Shown: one piece after another, positions 44,717 to 60,716 of the stretch
How positions within the stretch are numbered: the first letter of the stretch is position 1
Layout of the letters: every line of letters begins with the position of its first letter
Assembly (NCBI RefSeq): GCF_988242995.1
Contig: NZ_OZ547043.1
Reading direction: 5' to 3' (one strand)
DNA: 64,000 bases
Program-made: the position numbers and the translations under genes
Notes under the pieces: model-generated
Told to the model about the DNA's origin: nothing
Databases searched by the model: none
Seen by the model: the letters and a program-made list of their open reading frames with translations, nothing else

Positions 44717-45049
44717 ATGATAAGAAATGTGTTGTTAGCGTTCATGATATGCAGCGGAATGACATTACTTGGAGGATGCTCCAGCGTGATGTCCCATACC
44801 GGGGGGAAAGAAGGAACGTATCCCGGCACCCGCGCCAGCGCCACCATGATTGGCGACGATGAAACCAACTGGGGCACTAAGTCGCTGGCGATTCTCGATA
44901 TGCCGTTTACCGCTGTGATGGACACGCTTTTACTGCCGTGGGACGTGTTCCGCAAAGACAGCTCGGTGCGCTCACGCGTTGAAAAAAGCGAAGCCAACGC
45001 GCAAGCCACCAATGCGGTTATTCCACCGGCCAGAATGCCTGATAACTGA
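44717..45049 (+). CDS. yidQ: Putative lipoprotein YidQ
   Basis: Signal peptide with lipobox LLGGCSS; start at the ATG at 44717. Confidence 0.85.
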   Translation: MIRNVLLAFMICSGMTLLGGCSSVMSHTGGKEGTYPGTRASATMIGDDETNWGTKSLAILDMPFTAVMDTLLLPWDVFRKDSSVRSRVEKSEANAQATNAVIPPARMPDN

Positions 45050-45050
45050 T

Positions 45051-46265
45051 TTAGCGATCAGTTTCGGTGATCCACAGCTGGCCGCCTTCCATCCACGCCA
45101 GCCATTGACCATCCGGCGAGAAGACCACGGCGTCCGCAGAAGGTGGATTGGCGTGGTTTTCGGTTAAATACTCAACCTCGCCGCTTTGCGCATGGGCACA
45201 AGCAATTCGATTATCCAGCACAAAGCCCAACCATTCTCCTGATGGATGCCAGTTAAATGCAGACTGAATATCCGTTTTGTTATGGGTTAACTGGTGCGGC
45301 TCGCCGCCCTGTGGCGAGATAAGCCACAGTTGCACAATGCCGTTATCATCACGCATTAAAAACGCGATTTGCGTACCCTGCGGATTACAGCGCACCCAGT
45401 GGCGCGGGACGTTGACTAACCCCGGATAAGCCCGATGGTGGGTAAAGGTTAAACGTCGCTGCACGACGCCACGCGGTGGCGCGGGCAGGGTTGTTTCCGT
45501 TCCACTTAACGGCGCATCACCTGCCGCTTTCCAGCCAGCTTCATCTTGCGGTAACTCAACGATAAATAGCTCCGGCACTTTCTCGCCCTTTGGCGAAAGT
45601 GTGTCGCCAATAAATGCCAGCGCGTGATTTCCTACCCATCCTTCTTCATAAGCACGATTGATTTCATCGCTGCCAGGCTGCGGCGTGGGCGTGGTTTTAC
45701 TCACCAGCACGCACCAGTGGCTACCGCTGTATTCACGCGGATGCTGCTTTTGTACGTTGACCGGGCCAAACGGTGCCGCAACACCGACGTTTCGCAAATC
45801 CAGCGCCGAATCGAGTTGATGCATTACATGGTCGTTATAGGTAAAGCTCACCCTTTCACCGTTCGGGCTAAAGACATGCACATGGCTGCCGCCGCGCAGC
45901 GCTCCTGGGGTGTACGGCGCGGTAATATCCATTGCATCGAGATTGCTCACCTTGCCGCCTTCAGCAATCACTCCGCGCCGATGATGGAAGTCGTAATGCC
46001 ATGTTTCATCAGGATTTTCCGGGCCGTGGATGAAAACATATTTCTCTGACTTCGGATGAACGGTCACCACGCCGACGTACGCGCCCTGTGACGCGCGATA
46101 GATAACCTCGACCTCGCCGGTATGGATATTCACACGCTCAATGGTCTCGCCAGTAAACGACGCCCCAGAAGGACGCACGTCAAATACCAGCCACTGGCTG
46201 TCGGGCGTCCAGGTATTGGTATTGGTGAGCAGGTGATTACGGGGAGCAAAGGTTATCTGTTTCAT
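45051..46265 (-). CDS. yidR: DUF3748 protein YidR
   Basis: Translation matches YidR; start at MKQITFAPRNHLL... Confidence 0.8.
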   Translation of the reverse strand: MKQITFAPRNHLLTNTNTWTPDSQWLVFDVRPSGASFTGETIERVNIHTGEVEVIYRASQGAYVGVVTVHPKSEKYVFIHGPENPDETWHYDFHHRRGVIAEGGKVSNLDAMDITAPYTPGALRGGSHVHVFSPNGERVSFTYNDHVMHQLDSALDLRNVGVAAPFGPVNVQKQHPREYSGSHWCVLVSKTTPTPQPGSDEINRAYEEGWVGNHALAFIGDTLSPKGEKVPELFIVELPQDEAGWKAAGDAPLSGTETTLPAPPRGVVQRRLTFTHHRAYPGLVNVPRHWVRCNPQGTQIAFLMRDDNGIVQLWLISPQGGEPHQLTHNKTDIQSAFNWHPSGEWLGFVLDNRIACAHAQSGEVEYLTENHANPPSADAVVFSPDGQWLAWMEGGQLWITETDR

Positions 46266-46365
46266 AGCGCGGTCCTGATACAAAACGGGTCCCGCCATCA
46301 TACTTCACAAGGACTTCACTTTCAGACAATAGTCTTTCGCCATCGTGATGAATGTGAGTGAAAAG

Positions 46366-47466
46366 ATGGAACATTTCGACGTGGCGATTATTGGCCTCGG
46401 CCCGGCAGGGTCGGCGTTGGCACGAAAGTTAGCAGGCAAAATGCAGGTGATCGCGCTGGATAAAAAGCACCAGTGTGGTACTGAAGGTTTCAGCAAACCC
46501 TGCGGCGGTCTGCTGGCACCGGACGCGCAGCGATCTTTTATTCGCGATGGACTGACGCTTCCTGTCGATGTGATCGCCAACCCGCAGATTTTCAGCGTCA
46601 AAACCGTCGACGTCGCCGCATCGCTCACGCGTAACTACCAGCGAAGCTATATCAATATTAATCGCCATGCTTTCGACTTGTGGATGAAATCGCTGATCCC
46701 CGCCAGCGTTGAGGTTTACCACGACAGCCTGTGTCGAAAAATCTGGCGTGAGGATGATAAATGGCATGTCATTTTTCGTGCAGACGGTTGGGAGCAGCAT
46801 ATTACCGCCCGCTATCTGGTCGGTGCCGATGGTGCCAACTCGATGGTGCGGCGACATCTCTACCCGGACCATCAAATTCGTAAATATGTCGCTATCCAGC
46901 TGTGGTTTGCAGAGAAACATCCGGTACCGTTCTACTCCTGCATCTTTGATAATGCGATAACTGACTGTTATTCATGGAGTATCAGCAAAGACGGTTATTT
47001 TATCTTTGGCGGTGCCTATCCCATGAAAGACGGTCAGACGCGTTTCACGACGCTGAAAGAGAAAATGAGCGCCTTTCAGTTCCAGTTTGGCAAAGCGGTG
47101 AAAAGTGAGAAATGTACCGTGTTGTTTCCCTCACGCTGGCAGGATTTTGTCTGCGGTAAGGACAATGCCTTTCTGATTGGTGAAGCGGCGGGATTTATCA
47201 GCGCCAGCTCGCTGGAGGGGATTAGCTATGCGCTGGATAGCGCAGAGATTCTGCGTTCGGTGTTACTGAAGCAGCCGGAGAAGAGTAACGCCGCCTACTG
47301 GCGCGCCACCCGCAAACTGCGTTTAAAACTCTTCGGTAAGATAGTAAAAAGCCGATGCCTGACCGCACCGGCTTTAAGAAAGTGGATTATGCGCAGTGGT
47401 GTGGCGCATATTCCACAGTTGAAAGATTATCCAACGCGTTTCACATCGCCCACCAGCAGGATGTAA
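46366..47466 (+). CDS. cbrA: Colicin M resistance protein CbrA (FAD-dependent oxidoreductase family)
   Basis: N-terminal Rossmann motif [14 protein letters not shown]; translation matches CbrA. Confidence 0.85.
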
Positions 47467-48719
47467 GAGAGCGCGCCAATCAACGCGACGGCGGAGATAT
47501 AAACCAGTGCCGGGGCGAAACCGTAACCCTGCGCCAGGTACCCCACCACCAGCGGAACGGTGATGCCGCCCAGACCACCGGCAAAGTTAAACACGCCGCC
47601 GGTTAAACCAATCAGGCGCATCGGTGCCAGAGAAGAGACCAGCGACCAGGTAATCGAAGCAAAACCGTTGCCGAAGAATGCCAGCGCCATCAGGCACATA
47701 ATCATCATCGGGTCATTGGTGTAGTTAGCGCCCATAATGCAGGTGGAGATCAGCAAGCCGCAGATAATCGGCGTTTTACGCGCAAAGCCCAGTGAAAAGC
47801 CCTTACGTACCAGCAGATCCGCGACCCAGCCAGAGAGCAGGACGCCGACAAACGCCGCGAGGAATGGCACCGTGGTCATAAAGCCTGCTTTCAGCGCCGT
47901 GATTCCTTTTTCCTGGGTTAAATAGTTCGGGAACCAGGTTAAGAAAAACCACAGTGTAGAAGCCACCGCAAATTGCCCAAGATAAACGCCGATCAGTTTA
48001 CGATGGAACACCAGCTTCCAGTCTTTGGCTGTTAACGGCTGACGTGCCTCTTTTTTCACCGGCGCATCACCATCCACCAGACCGCCGCCATCACGAATGT
48101 AATCCAGTTCAGCTTTGCTGATGCCTTTGGTCAGGCGCGGCGGCTGATAAACCTTAAACCAAATCAGCGACCAGATAATGCCGATACCACCGGTGACAAT
48201 GAACACCCAGTGCCAGCTCAACATTTCCTGAATCCAGATCAGCAGCGGAGTCAGAAACGCCAGACCGACAAACTGACCAGACGTATAAAAACCAACGGCG
48301 GAAGCGCGTTCATGTTCCGGGAACCAGCTGGTCACCATCCGGTTATTGGTCGGGAAAGCGGGCGCTTCGAAAATACCGGTTATCGCGCGCAGACCAATTA
48401 ATGACATTAATCCCGTGGCAAAGCCCTGGAATAAAGTCGCCACTGACCAGCCAAATATCGCAATAAAATAAGTCACGCGTGAACCTACGCGATCTAAGAA
48501 CCAACCGCCGGGGATCTGGCATAACGTATAAAGCCAGGCGAAGGCCGAAAATACATAGCCCATTTCCGCTTTCGTAATGCCGAACTCTTCCTGAATATGA
48601 GCGGAAGCCACGGCCAGGTTAGCGCGGTCAACATAACAAATGACCACCGTAATAAAGATCATCACCAGCGTCAGATAACGCCGACGCCCCGGCTTTGCTG
48701 CATTAACGGGAATATCCAT
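47427..48719 (-). CDS. dgoT: D-galactonate transporter (MFS)
   Basis: Translation matches DgoT; start at the ATG at 48719. Confidence 0.9.
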
Positions 48720-48838
48720 AGCGAGCTTTCTCCAGATTTTGGGCATAGCGAAGCCGCTCACCATGCCCTGTAATTTACAGAGGGTTATATTTTTGTATTA
48801 CTGTTTTAGTGCCCGATGAGGGGCTTACGTGGCAGGAA

Positions 48839-49987
48839 TTACCACTCTGCTACGCTGTTATCTTCATGACGCCAGAGCGGATTACGCCAGTCCGGGGCAT
48901 TTTTACTGAACTCAATAACTTTAGCTTCGTCGATTTCCACGCCTAAGCCCGGTTTCGTTAGCGGTTTAAAGAAGCCGCCAACCATGCTGAAGTCTTCTTT
49001 GTTTTTCACAAAGTCGAGTAACTCCGCGCCTTTGTTGTAATGAATGCCCATACTTTGTTCCTGAAGTACGGCGTTATAGGAAACAAAGTCGATATGCAGA
49101 CAAGCCGCCAGTGCAATCGGTCCGAGCGGACAGTGCGGCGCAAGGGTCACGTCATAGGCTTCTGCCATTCCGGCAATTTTGTAGCATTCGGTAATACCGC
49201 CCGCGTGGGAGAGATCCGGTTGCAGAATCGAAATACCGCCAGCTTCCAGCACGCGTTTAAAATCGAAGCGTGAGAACATGCGCTCACCCGCCGCCAGTGG
49301 AATATGCGTTTGTGCCGCCAGTTTCGGGTAGTATTCGGCTTGTTCCGCCAGCACCGGTTCTTCAATAAACAGTGGGCGATACGGCTCCAGTTCTTTAATC
49401 AGCACTTTCGCCATCGGCGCGCTGACGCGACCGTGGAAATCAAGACCAAACTCAATCTGATTGCCAAAAGCTTCACGAATTTGTGCCACGGTGTTGACTG
49501 CCGCATCTACCGCGCGGGAGTTATCAATTAGCCCCAGTTCTTCACAACCGTTCAGTTTGAAGGTATCGAAGCCGATTTCGCGCAGGGTTTTAATGCCGTC
49601 GATAACATCCGCCGGACGATCGCCGCCGACCCAACTGTAGGCTTTAATTTTGTCGCGAACCAGGCCGCCCATCAGTTGCCAGACCGGCGCATTCAGCACT
49701 TTGCCTTTGATATCCCATAACGCCTGGTCGATCCCGGCGATGGCGCTCATCAGGATTGGACCGCCACGATAAAATCCGGCGCGATACATCACTTGCCATA
49801 AGTCATTGATGCGCGATGGATCCTGACCAATCAAATAGTCACCCAGCTCGTGAACTGCCGCTTCCACCGTACGGGCGCGGCCTTCAATCACGGGCTCGCC
49901 CCAGCCGACCACGCCTTCATCGGTTTCAATTTTCAGGAACATCCAGCGGGGAGGTAAACGATACGTGGTAATTTTGGTGATTTTCAT
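48839..49987 (-). CDS. dgoD: D-galactonate dehydratase
   Basis: 382-aa enolase-superfamily ORF matching DgoD. Confidence 0.95.
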
Positions 49988-50601
49988 TGCACTGCCTCTC
50001 GATACGCCTTAACAAATGCTGCTGCCTGCTGCGCGGTGCGTTCTACGGACTGCCCGGCGCGATAGAGATCGCTGCCTAAGCCTGCCCCTGCACAACCTGC
50101 GTCTATCCACTGCGCCAGGTTTTCTGGCGTCACGCCGCCAACGGCAAAGACTGCGATGTCCGGTGGTAATACCGCTTTTAACGCTTTGATGTATTGCGGA
50201 CCAAAAGCCGATGACGGGAATATTTTCAGCGCCTGCGCACCCGCGTCGAGCGCGGTAAAGGCTTCGGTCGCCGTCGCGCAGCCGGGGCAAACGGTCATGC
50301 CGTAGCCCACCGCACGGCGGATCACTTCACTATGGATATTGGGCGTAACGATGAGCTGGCAGCCCATCCTGGCGAGCACATCGACCTGTTCAGGTTTCAG
50401 TACCGTACCTGCGCCAATCAACGCCTTGTCGCCATACGCATCAACGATGGCGGGAATGCTCTGCTCCCATTGTGGGGAATTCAGCGGGATTTCAACCGCG
50501 TCGAACCCGGCGTCAATCACCGCGCCAACATGCGCCAGCGCCTCGTCGGGCGTAATGCCGCGCAAAATGGCGATCAGCGGGAGTTTAGTTTGCCACTGCA
50601 T
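49984..50601 (-). CDS. dgoA: 2-dehydro-3-deoxy-6-phosphogalactonate aldolase
   Basis: 205-aa ORF matching DgoA. Confidence 0.9.
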
Positions 50602-51463
50602 GAGCGATGCTCCTTATACCAGCCTGAAATGCCGTGTCGCCCGCCACCGTCGCCACGTCGCAACCCATCGCCTGAAAGGCTTGCTGGTAGCGCGCGGTCA
50701 GCGATGTTCCGGCGACAAGGGTGATGGCGTGTTGATGGGTCACATAGTCGCGCATACTGGCAACCTCTGCGCCAATCAACAAACCAGAGAGAAATTCACT
50801 GACCTGTTCGCGGGGAAGTGTTCCCAGCACATGCGAGGCGCGAACTTCAAAAAGCTGCGGCAATATGGCGGGAGCATTAAGGCCACGCTCAAGGCCAGCC
50901 GCGAAGGCATCGGCAGAGTTTTCCTGCGGCGGCAAACCTGCGCCAATCAATGAATGATTTAACAGTAAATGATGTAATTCACCGGTCATCACGGTGCGAA
51001 AATCGTTGATTTGCTGGCTATCGGCCTGCACCCATTTGCAATGGGTTCCGGGCATAACATAAAGAGAGGAAGGAGCCAAAGTGCGCGCGCCGATCAATTG
51101 TGTTTCTTCGCCGCGCATCACATTATGGTTATCGTCATGAGAGACGCATAATCCGGGAATAATCCAGATATTGTCGCCAACAGACGTTAATTGTTCGCCA
51201 ATAGACGAAAAACGGGCAGGAACGGATAAATACGGTGCAACTTTCCAGCCGACATTGCTGCCGACCATTCCTGCCATCACCACTGGCGTATTCTCTTCAT
51301 GCCAGTCGGTCGTCACTTCTGCTAACACCGCAGCCGGAGATTTTCCGTTCAGGCGCGTGACGCCTGCTTCTGATTGCCTGCTGTCCAGGCAGTGGTCGCC
51401 CTGATAAAGCCAGGCGCGCAGATTGGTCGATCCCCAGTCAATTGCGATGTAGCGAGCTGTCAT
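50585..51463 (-). CDS. dgoK: 2-dehydro-3-deoxygalactonokinase
   Basis: 292-aa ORF matching DgoK. Confidence 0.9.
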   Translation of the reverse strand: MTARYIAIDWGSTNLRAWLYQGDHCLDSRQSEAGVTRLNGKSPAAVLAEVTTDWHEENTPVVMAGMVGSNVGWKVAPYLSVPARFSSIGEQLTSVGDNIWIIPGLCVSHDDNHNVMRGEETQLIGARTLAPSSLYVMPGTHCKWVQADSQQINDFRTVMTGELHHLLLNHSLIGAGLPPQENSADAFAAGLERGLNAPAILPQLFEVRASHVLGTLPREQVSEFLSGLLIGAEVASMRDYVTHQHAITLVAGTSLTARYQQAFQAMGCDVATVAGDTAFQAGIRSIAHAVAN

Positions 51464-52149
51464 GTGATTTCCTTTAACCTTCGTGTCGAGCTGGCGATCA
51501 TGGTAAGCGCCGCCTGCTCTGCCGCATCGCCGTCCTGATGCCGTATTGCATCGAACAGCGCCTTATGTTCCTGGAGCGTTTGCGGCATGTTGGCCTCATC
51601 GCCCATCCAGGTTCGTTCAAAAACCGCCCGCTGCAGCGAACTGATCGCAATGCTAAGTTGCTGTAACACCGGGTTATGCACCGACTGCAGCACCGCCTCG
51701 TGGTAGCGAATATCCGCTTCGTTAAACGCTTCGCGGTCCTGATTGTTGGCAATCATCTCGTTCAGCGCCGATTCAATCTGCGCCAGATCGCTGGAAGTCG
51801 CGCGTTCTGCCGCCCAACGGGCAATCGCCGGTTCCACCAGATTTCGCACTTCGCTCATGGCACTGATAAGCCGTGGGTCGTAGTCGTTTTCCAGCACCCA
51901 TTGCAGTACGTCAGTGTCGAGGTAATTCCACTGGTTACGCGGTGCCACAAACGCGCCGCGATAACGTTTCATTTCAATCAGCCGCTTCGCCATCAGCGAG
52001 CGGAACACCTCACGGATGATGTTGCGCGAGGTTGCAAACTCCTCACAGAGTTCCGCCTCAGCCGGAAGCGGCGAGCCTGGCACGTATTTGCCGTGAACGA
52101 TCTGTTTGCCCAGCGTAATGACGATGCGATCGGTTTTATTGAGAGTCAT
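51460..52149 (-). CDS. dgoR: GntR/FadR-family repressor of the dgo operon
   Basis: 229-aa ORF with N-terminal wHTH and FCD domain. Confidence 0.9.
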   Translation of the reverse strand: MTLNKTDRIVITLGKQIVHGKYVPGSPLPAEAELCEEFATSRNIIREVFRSLMAKRLIEMKRYRGAFVAPRNQWNYLDTDVLQWVLENDYDPRLISAMSEVRNLVEPAIARWAAERATSSDLAQIESALNEMIANNQDREAFNEADIRYHEAVLQSVHNPVLQQLSIAISSLQRAVFERTWMGDEANMPQTLQEHKALFDAIRHQDGDAAEQAALTMIASSTRRLKEIT

Positions 52150-52426
52150 GGAGAGTCCTTGTGCTCTGTATGTTCTTCTCTACTTTACCCCGATCGATGC
52201 ATAACGCGGCAACTTTGTAGTACCAGCGTGATGACGTTCGCGTTTGCTGTGTGTGTAATGTAGTACAAACTTATATTGTTGTACTACAATTTAGATCACA
52301 AAAAGAACAATGCATAAAAAAATGACATGCGTCGGGCAGAAATCTGAAAAGGGATGTCAGGCGCTAAACAGGAGGGAAAGAAGAGTATGCTTTCAACGGC
52401 TTAGCTACTCGTTTAAAGGATTAATC

Positions 52427-53083
52427 ATGAAGTTGAATTTTAAGGGATTTTTTAAGGCTGCCGGTTTGTGTTCTTTGGCATTTGCGTTGACCGGATGTAT
52501 CACCTGGGGATTGGTTTCCAATACTGCAAGCCGTCCACATGCCGAGCAATGGCGGTCAGACACGATTAAGGGTTTATCGCTGGCTGAAGACAGTAACGGT
52601 ACGAAAGGCTATGTTTTTGTTGGTGAATCGTTGGACTATCTGTTGACCACCGGCGGCGGTGAGGTGGTTAAAATGCTGAACGATCCGGCAATTCATGGTG
52701 AAAGAATCACCGTTTCTGATAACGCGAAATTTATTTTAAGCAGCAGTAATAAGAAATTCTCTGGTGCTATTACGCTCTATTACGACTGGAACAACGAAGA
52801 AGATAAGGCACTGGCAACACAATATGGTTTTATTTGTGATACCCGGCGTTGTACATGGATGCTGGACGGTTTGAAAGGCTCAATCCACCAGAAAAATAAA
52901 AAAGCGGATTACTCAAACGTGATGGTTTTCCATCAACCCTTTACGGTGGGATTTTATGAATACAAAGCAACAGATGGCGTCCCGCGCGGCCTCGTTAATG
53001 CGCTGCTGCCAGTCACTCTTACGCTGGATATAGTAACGTCACCACTCCAGTTCCTGATTTTATGCACGACCAGAAATTGTTAA
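52427..53083 (+). CDS. yidX: Putative lipoprotein YidX
   Basis: Start at the ATG at 52427 preceded by AAGGA; lipobox LTGC. Confidence 0.85.
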   Translation: MKLNFKGFFKAAGLCSLAFALTGCITWGLVSNTASRPHAEQWRSDTIKGLSLAEDSNGTKGYVFVGESLDYLLTTGGGEVVKMLNDPAIHGERITVSDNAKFILSSSNKKFSGAITLYYDWNNEEDKALATQYGFICDTRRCTWMLDGLKGSIHQKNKKADYSNVMVFHQPFTVGFYEYKATDGVPRGLVNALLPVTLTLDIVTSPLQFLILCTTRNC

Positions 53084-53090
53084 TCGCTGC

Positions 53091-53117
53091 GGGCAAACGC
53101 ATTCATGCCGTTTGCCC
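53091..53117. terminator. Stem-loop (9-bp stem GGGCAAACG/CGTTTGCCC) between convergent yidX and yidA; weak U-tract
   Basis: Inverted repeat read directly. Confidence 0.4.
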
Positions 53118-53126
53118 GTTCACTGA

Positions 53127-53939
53127 TTAATTCAGCACATACTTCTCAATAGCAAATGCCACGCCATCTTCAAGGTTGGATTTGGTGACAAAGTTCGCCA
53201 CTTCTTTCACCGAAGGAATAGCATTATCCATTGCCACACCGACGCCTGCATATTCAATCATTGCAATGTCGTTTTCCTGATCGCCAATCGCCATGATTTC
53301 TTCCGGTTTAATACCTAACACGTCGGCCAGTGATTTCACACCCGTACCTTTGTTAACGCGTTTATCGAGGATTTCGAGGAAGTACGGCGCACTTTTCAGC
53401 ACGGTGTATTTTTCTTTCACTTCCTGCGGAATACGCGCGATAGCCTGGTCGAGGATGGCGGGTTCATCAATCATCATCACTTTCAGGAACTGGGTATTGG
53501 GGTCCATTTTCTCCGCTTCGCAGAACACCAGCGGAATGGTGGCAACGAAGGATTCATGCACCGTGTAGTAGCTGATATCGCGATTTGCTGTATACAGCGT
53601 GGTGCGGTCCAGGGCGTGGAAATGAGAACCGACTTCGCGAGAGAGTTTTTCCAGGAAACGGTAGTCGTCATAGCTGAGAGCGGTTTGCGCCACGGTGCTA
53701 CCATCAGCGGCCTTCTGCACCAGCGCACCGTTGTAAGTAATGCAGTAGTCGCCCGGCTGTTCCATATGCAGCTCTTTCAGGTAATTATGAACACCTGCAT
53801 AAGGGCGGCCCGTCGTCAGCACGACATTTACGCCACGGGCGCGAGCTGCGGCAATCGCATTTTTAACAGCGGGTGAAATGGTGTGATCGGGCAGCAGAAG
53901 GGTGCCATCCATATCGATAGCAATGAGTTTGATAGCCAT
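53127..53939 (-). CDS. yidA: Sugar phosphatase YidA (HAD superfamily, Cof-like)
   Basis: 270-aa ORF with N-terminal DMDGTLL motif. Confidence 0.95.
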   Translation of the reverse strand: MAIKLIAIDMDGTLLLPDHTISPAVKNAIAAARARGVNVVLTTGRPYAGVHNYLKELHMEQPGDYCITYNGALVQKAADGSTVAQTALSYDDYRFLEKLSREVGSHFHALDRTTLYTANRDISYYTVHESFVATIPLVFCEAEKMDPNTQFLKVMMIDEPAILDQAIARIPQEVKEKYTVLKSAPYFLEILDKRVNKGTGVKSLADVLGIKPEEIMAIGDQENDIAMIEYAGVGVAMDNAIPSVKEVANFVTKSNLEDGVAFAIEKYVLN

Positions 53940-54053
53940 GAGTTCCCCAGGTAGATTGGTTCCTGACCCATGCTAACGCGATTCCGCTCAAAAATCAGTA
54001 CAACACCCGAGGGAAAAGGGGGATGCAACGCGCGTTGCGTGCTCCCCATTTGC

Positions 54054-54452
54054 TTAGCGGAAGAGTTTCCCTTTCAGCAGTTCCATGCCTGCGGAAAGCA
54101 GATCGTTATTGGCTTGTGGTGACACTTCACCTTGCGGTGAGAGCGCATCAATAATCTTCGGCAATTGTTCTGCCAGTAAACTGGAAGCTGTACTGGTATC
54201 CACGCCCAGTTTTTGCCCGAGATCGGACACCGCATTTGTGCCGAGCGCTGATTCCAGTTGCTCGCCGCTAACCGATTGATTGCCCTGTTGATTACTCAGC
54301 CAGGTTGAGAGAATGGCCCCTAAGCCGCCACTTTGCAGTTTTTCCAGCAGCACCTGAATACCGCCCTGCTCCTCAACCCAGCTCAAAATGGCCTGATATT
54401 TCCCCGCATCGCCTTTCAGAAAGGCACCGACAACTTCATCAAAAAGCCCCAT
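54054..54452 (-). CDS. yidB: DUF937 protein YidB
   Basis: Start at the ATG at 54452 preceded by AGGTGA. Confidence 0.85.
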   Translation of the reverse strand: MGLFDEVVGAFLKGDAGKYQAILSWVEEQGGIQVLLEKLQSGGLGAILSTWLSNQQGNQSVSGEQLESALGTNAVSDLGQKLGVDTSTASSLLAEQLPKIIDALSPQGEVSPQANNDLLSAGMELLKGKLFR

Positions 54453-54525
54453 GATAATCACCTGTAAAGCGTTACGTGTTGACTCAAAAAGTATAGATCT
54501 GCGGGATGATAATTGCGGATTGCAG

Positions 54526-54560
54526 AAATAAAAAGGGCGAAGATGATCTCCGCCCTTTTC
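54526..54560 (-). terminator. Intrinsic terminator downstream of gyrB
   Basis: Minus-strand hairpin GGGCGGAGATCATCTTCGCCC followed by TTTTTATTT. Confidence 0.7.
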
Positions 54561-54670
54561 TTATAGCTTCTTGCCGGATGCGGCGTTAACGTCTGATCCG
54601 GCCTACAAAATCATGCAAATTCAATATATTGCACGAGTCTCGTAGGCCTGATAAGCGTAGCGCATCAGGC
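54561..54670. repeat. REP-type intergenic palindromic elements
   Basis: GCCGGATGCGGCGTTAACGTCTGATCCGGCCTAC and TAGGCCTGATAAGCG...CATCAGGC motifs. Confidence 0.65.
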
Positions 54671-54691
54671 ACGCTCGCATTGTTAACGTCA

Positions 54692-58207
<3,516 letters not shown>

Positions 58208-58208
<1 letters not shown>

Positions 58209-59308
58209 TACAGTCTCATTGGCATGACAACATAGGCAGCCGACTGTGATGCGGCATCTTCAATCTGCACGCTGGAAACCGAATCGGTCAGCATCATGCG
58301 CACGTTTTCACATTTCAGCGCGTTCAGAACATCCAGCACATAGCTGACGTTGAAGCCGATTTCCATCTCCGCACCGCTATAGGTAACGTCGAGGATCTCT
58401 TCCGCTTCTTCCTGTTCCGGGTTGTTGGCGGTGATTTTCAGCTGGTTTTCGCTGACATACAGACGTACGCCGCGGAATTTCTCGTTAGAGAGAATTGCCG
58501 CGCGAGCAAACGCCTGCTTGAGGAGATCGCAACCTGCTTCCAGATGTTTGTCCGGGTTCTTCGGCAGAACGCGTCGGTAATCCGGGAAGCGACCATCCAC
58601 CAGTTTCGAGGTGAAGATAAAGTCGCCAACGTGGGCGCGAATGTTGTTGCTGCCAATCTGCACGCGCAGCGGATTGTCGCCGCCGTCGAGCATACGCATC
58701 AGTTCAATCACGCCTTTACGCGGCACGATCACCGAATGGCTTGGCAAAGATTGACCAATTGGCATTGAACAGACCGCCAGACGGTGACCGTCGGTCGCCA
58801 CGGTGCGCAGTTCTTCGCCTTCGGTTTCAAACAGCATACCGTTTAAGTAATAGCGAACGTCCTGATGCGCCATAGAAAACTGGGTCGCTTCAATCAGACG
58901 CTTCATCGTCGCCTGCGGCAGGGTAAATTCGACTTCGCTCTGCCAGTCATCGAGATTCGGGAAATCTGCCGCTGGCAGGGTAGACAGCGAAAAACGGCTA
59001 CGCCCGGAGCGCACCAGCATACGCTCACCTTCCAGCTGCACGGCAATTTCCGCGCCTTCAGGCAGACCACGGCAGATATCAAAGAATTTGCGCGCCGGAA
59101 CGGTCGTCGCCCCTGGCTCGTGTGGCTGAACCAGCGCAACGCGTGCCACCATTTCCATCTCGAGATCAGTACCGGTCAGCGACAACGTACCGTCAGCAAC
59201 CTGTAACAGCAGATTACCGAGAATCGGTAGCGTAGGACGACCACCTAACGGCCCGCTCACCTGTTGTAGCGGTTTTAATAAATGCTCACGTTCTACGGTA
59301 AATTTCAT
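58208..59308 (-). CDS. dnaN: DNA polymerase III beta sliding clamp
   Basis: 366-aa ORF matching DnaN; TAATG stop/start overlap with recF. Confidence 0.98.
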
Positions 59309-59312
59309 AGGT

Positions 59313-60716
59313 TTACGATGACAATGTTCTGATTAAATTGGAAAAATCTTCTTTGATATCGTGGCTCTCTTCACGCAGCTGCTCGATCTTACGGCAGGCA
59401 TGAAGCACCGTCGTGTGGTCACGACCACCAAACGCATCGCCAATCTCCGGCAGACTGTGGTTAGTCAGCTCTTTCGCCAGCGCCATCGCCATCTGGCGCG
59501 GACGCGCCACCGAGCGGGATCGACGCTTGGAAAGGAGATCCGCGACTTTGATCTTGTAGTACTCCGCCACCGTCTTCTGAATATTGTCGATGGTGACCAG
59601 TTTTTCCTGCAATGCCAGCAAGTCGCGCAGCGCCTCACGCACGAAGTCGATGGTGATCGCCCGTCCGGTAAAGTTGGCGTTAGCAATAACGCGGTTCAGC
59701 GCGCCTTCCAGCTCACGTACGTTAGATCGTAGACGCTTGGCGATAAAGAACGCCACTTCGCCCGGCAAACGAATGTCGTTTTCGTCGGCCTTTTTCATCA
59801 GGATCGCCACGCGGGTTTCCAGCTCTGGCGGTTCGATCGCCACAGTCAGCCCCCAGCCGAAGCGGGATTTCAAACGATCCTCAACGCCGTTGATCTCTTT
59901 CGGATAGCGATCCGAGGTGAGAATGATCTGTTGATTACCTTCCAGCAGGGCGTTGAAGGTGTGGAAAAACTCTTCCTGAGATCGTTCTTTATTAGCAAAA
60001 AATTGAATATCGTCGATCAGCAGTGCATCTACGGAACGGTAGTAGCGTTTAAACTCTTCGATCGCGTTGTTTTGCAGGGCTTTAACCATGTCCTGAACAA
60101 AGCGCTCGGAGTGCATATAAACCACTTTGGCATTCGGCTTGCGCGCCATAATGCCGTTACCCACCGCATGCAGCAGGTGAGTTTTACCCAGACCCGTGCC
60201 GCCATAAAGGAACAACGGGTTATAGGCACCGCCAGGGTTATCTGCCACCTGGCGAGCCGCCGCGCGCGCCAGTTGGTTAGATTTACCTTCAACGAAGTTA
60301 TCAAACGTGTGTTTGACGTTTACGTTAGAACGATAGGTCGGTTCTGCCGGGGCCGGGACGTTATCCCAACCTGAGCGCGTAGAAGGCGCAGCACGTTGCG
60401 GCTGCGTTTGCGCCACCTGTGCAGGGGCCGCGACGTTGCTCGTCACTGCCGCTTGTGGCGTTTGCGTCACCGGTTTGGTGCCGACTTCAAAACGCAGCTG
60501 TGGGGCATCCGCTCCGCAGAAACTGGTTAGCAGTCCATTGATATTATTAAGGTACTTGTCCCGTACCCAATCGAGGACAAAACGGTTTGGCGCGTACAGG
60601 GCCAGCGTGTTATCGCTCAGTTCCGCCTGCAATGGGCGTATCCACATACTGAATTCTGTGGCTGGTAACTCATCCTGCAATCGGGCAAGACACTGCTGCC
60701 AAAGCGAAAGTGACAC
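59313..60716 (-). CDS. dnaA: Chromosomal replication initiator DnaA
   Basis: Translation matches DnaA; GTG start at 60716 ([13 protein letters not shown]...). Confidence 0.97.

Noticed and set aside
50339..50953. 204-aa plus-strand ORF (and 50332-50724)
   Set aside because: Antisense to dgoA/dgoK; low-complexity translation.
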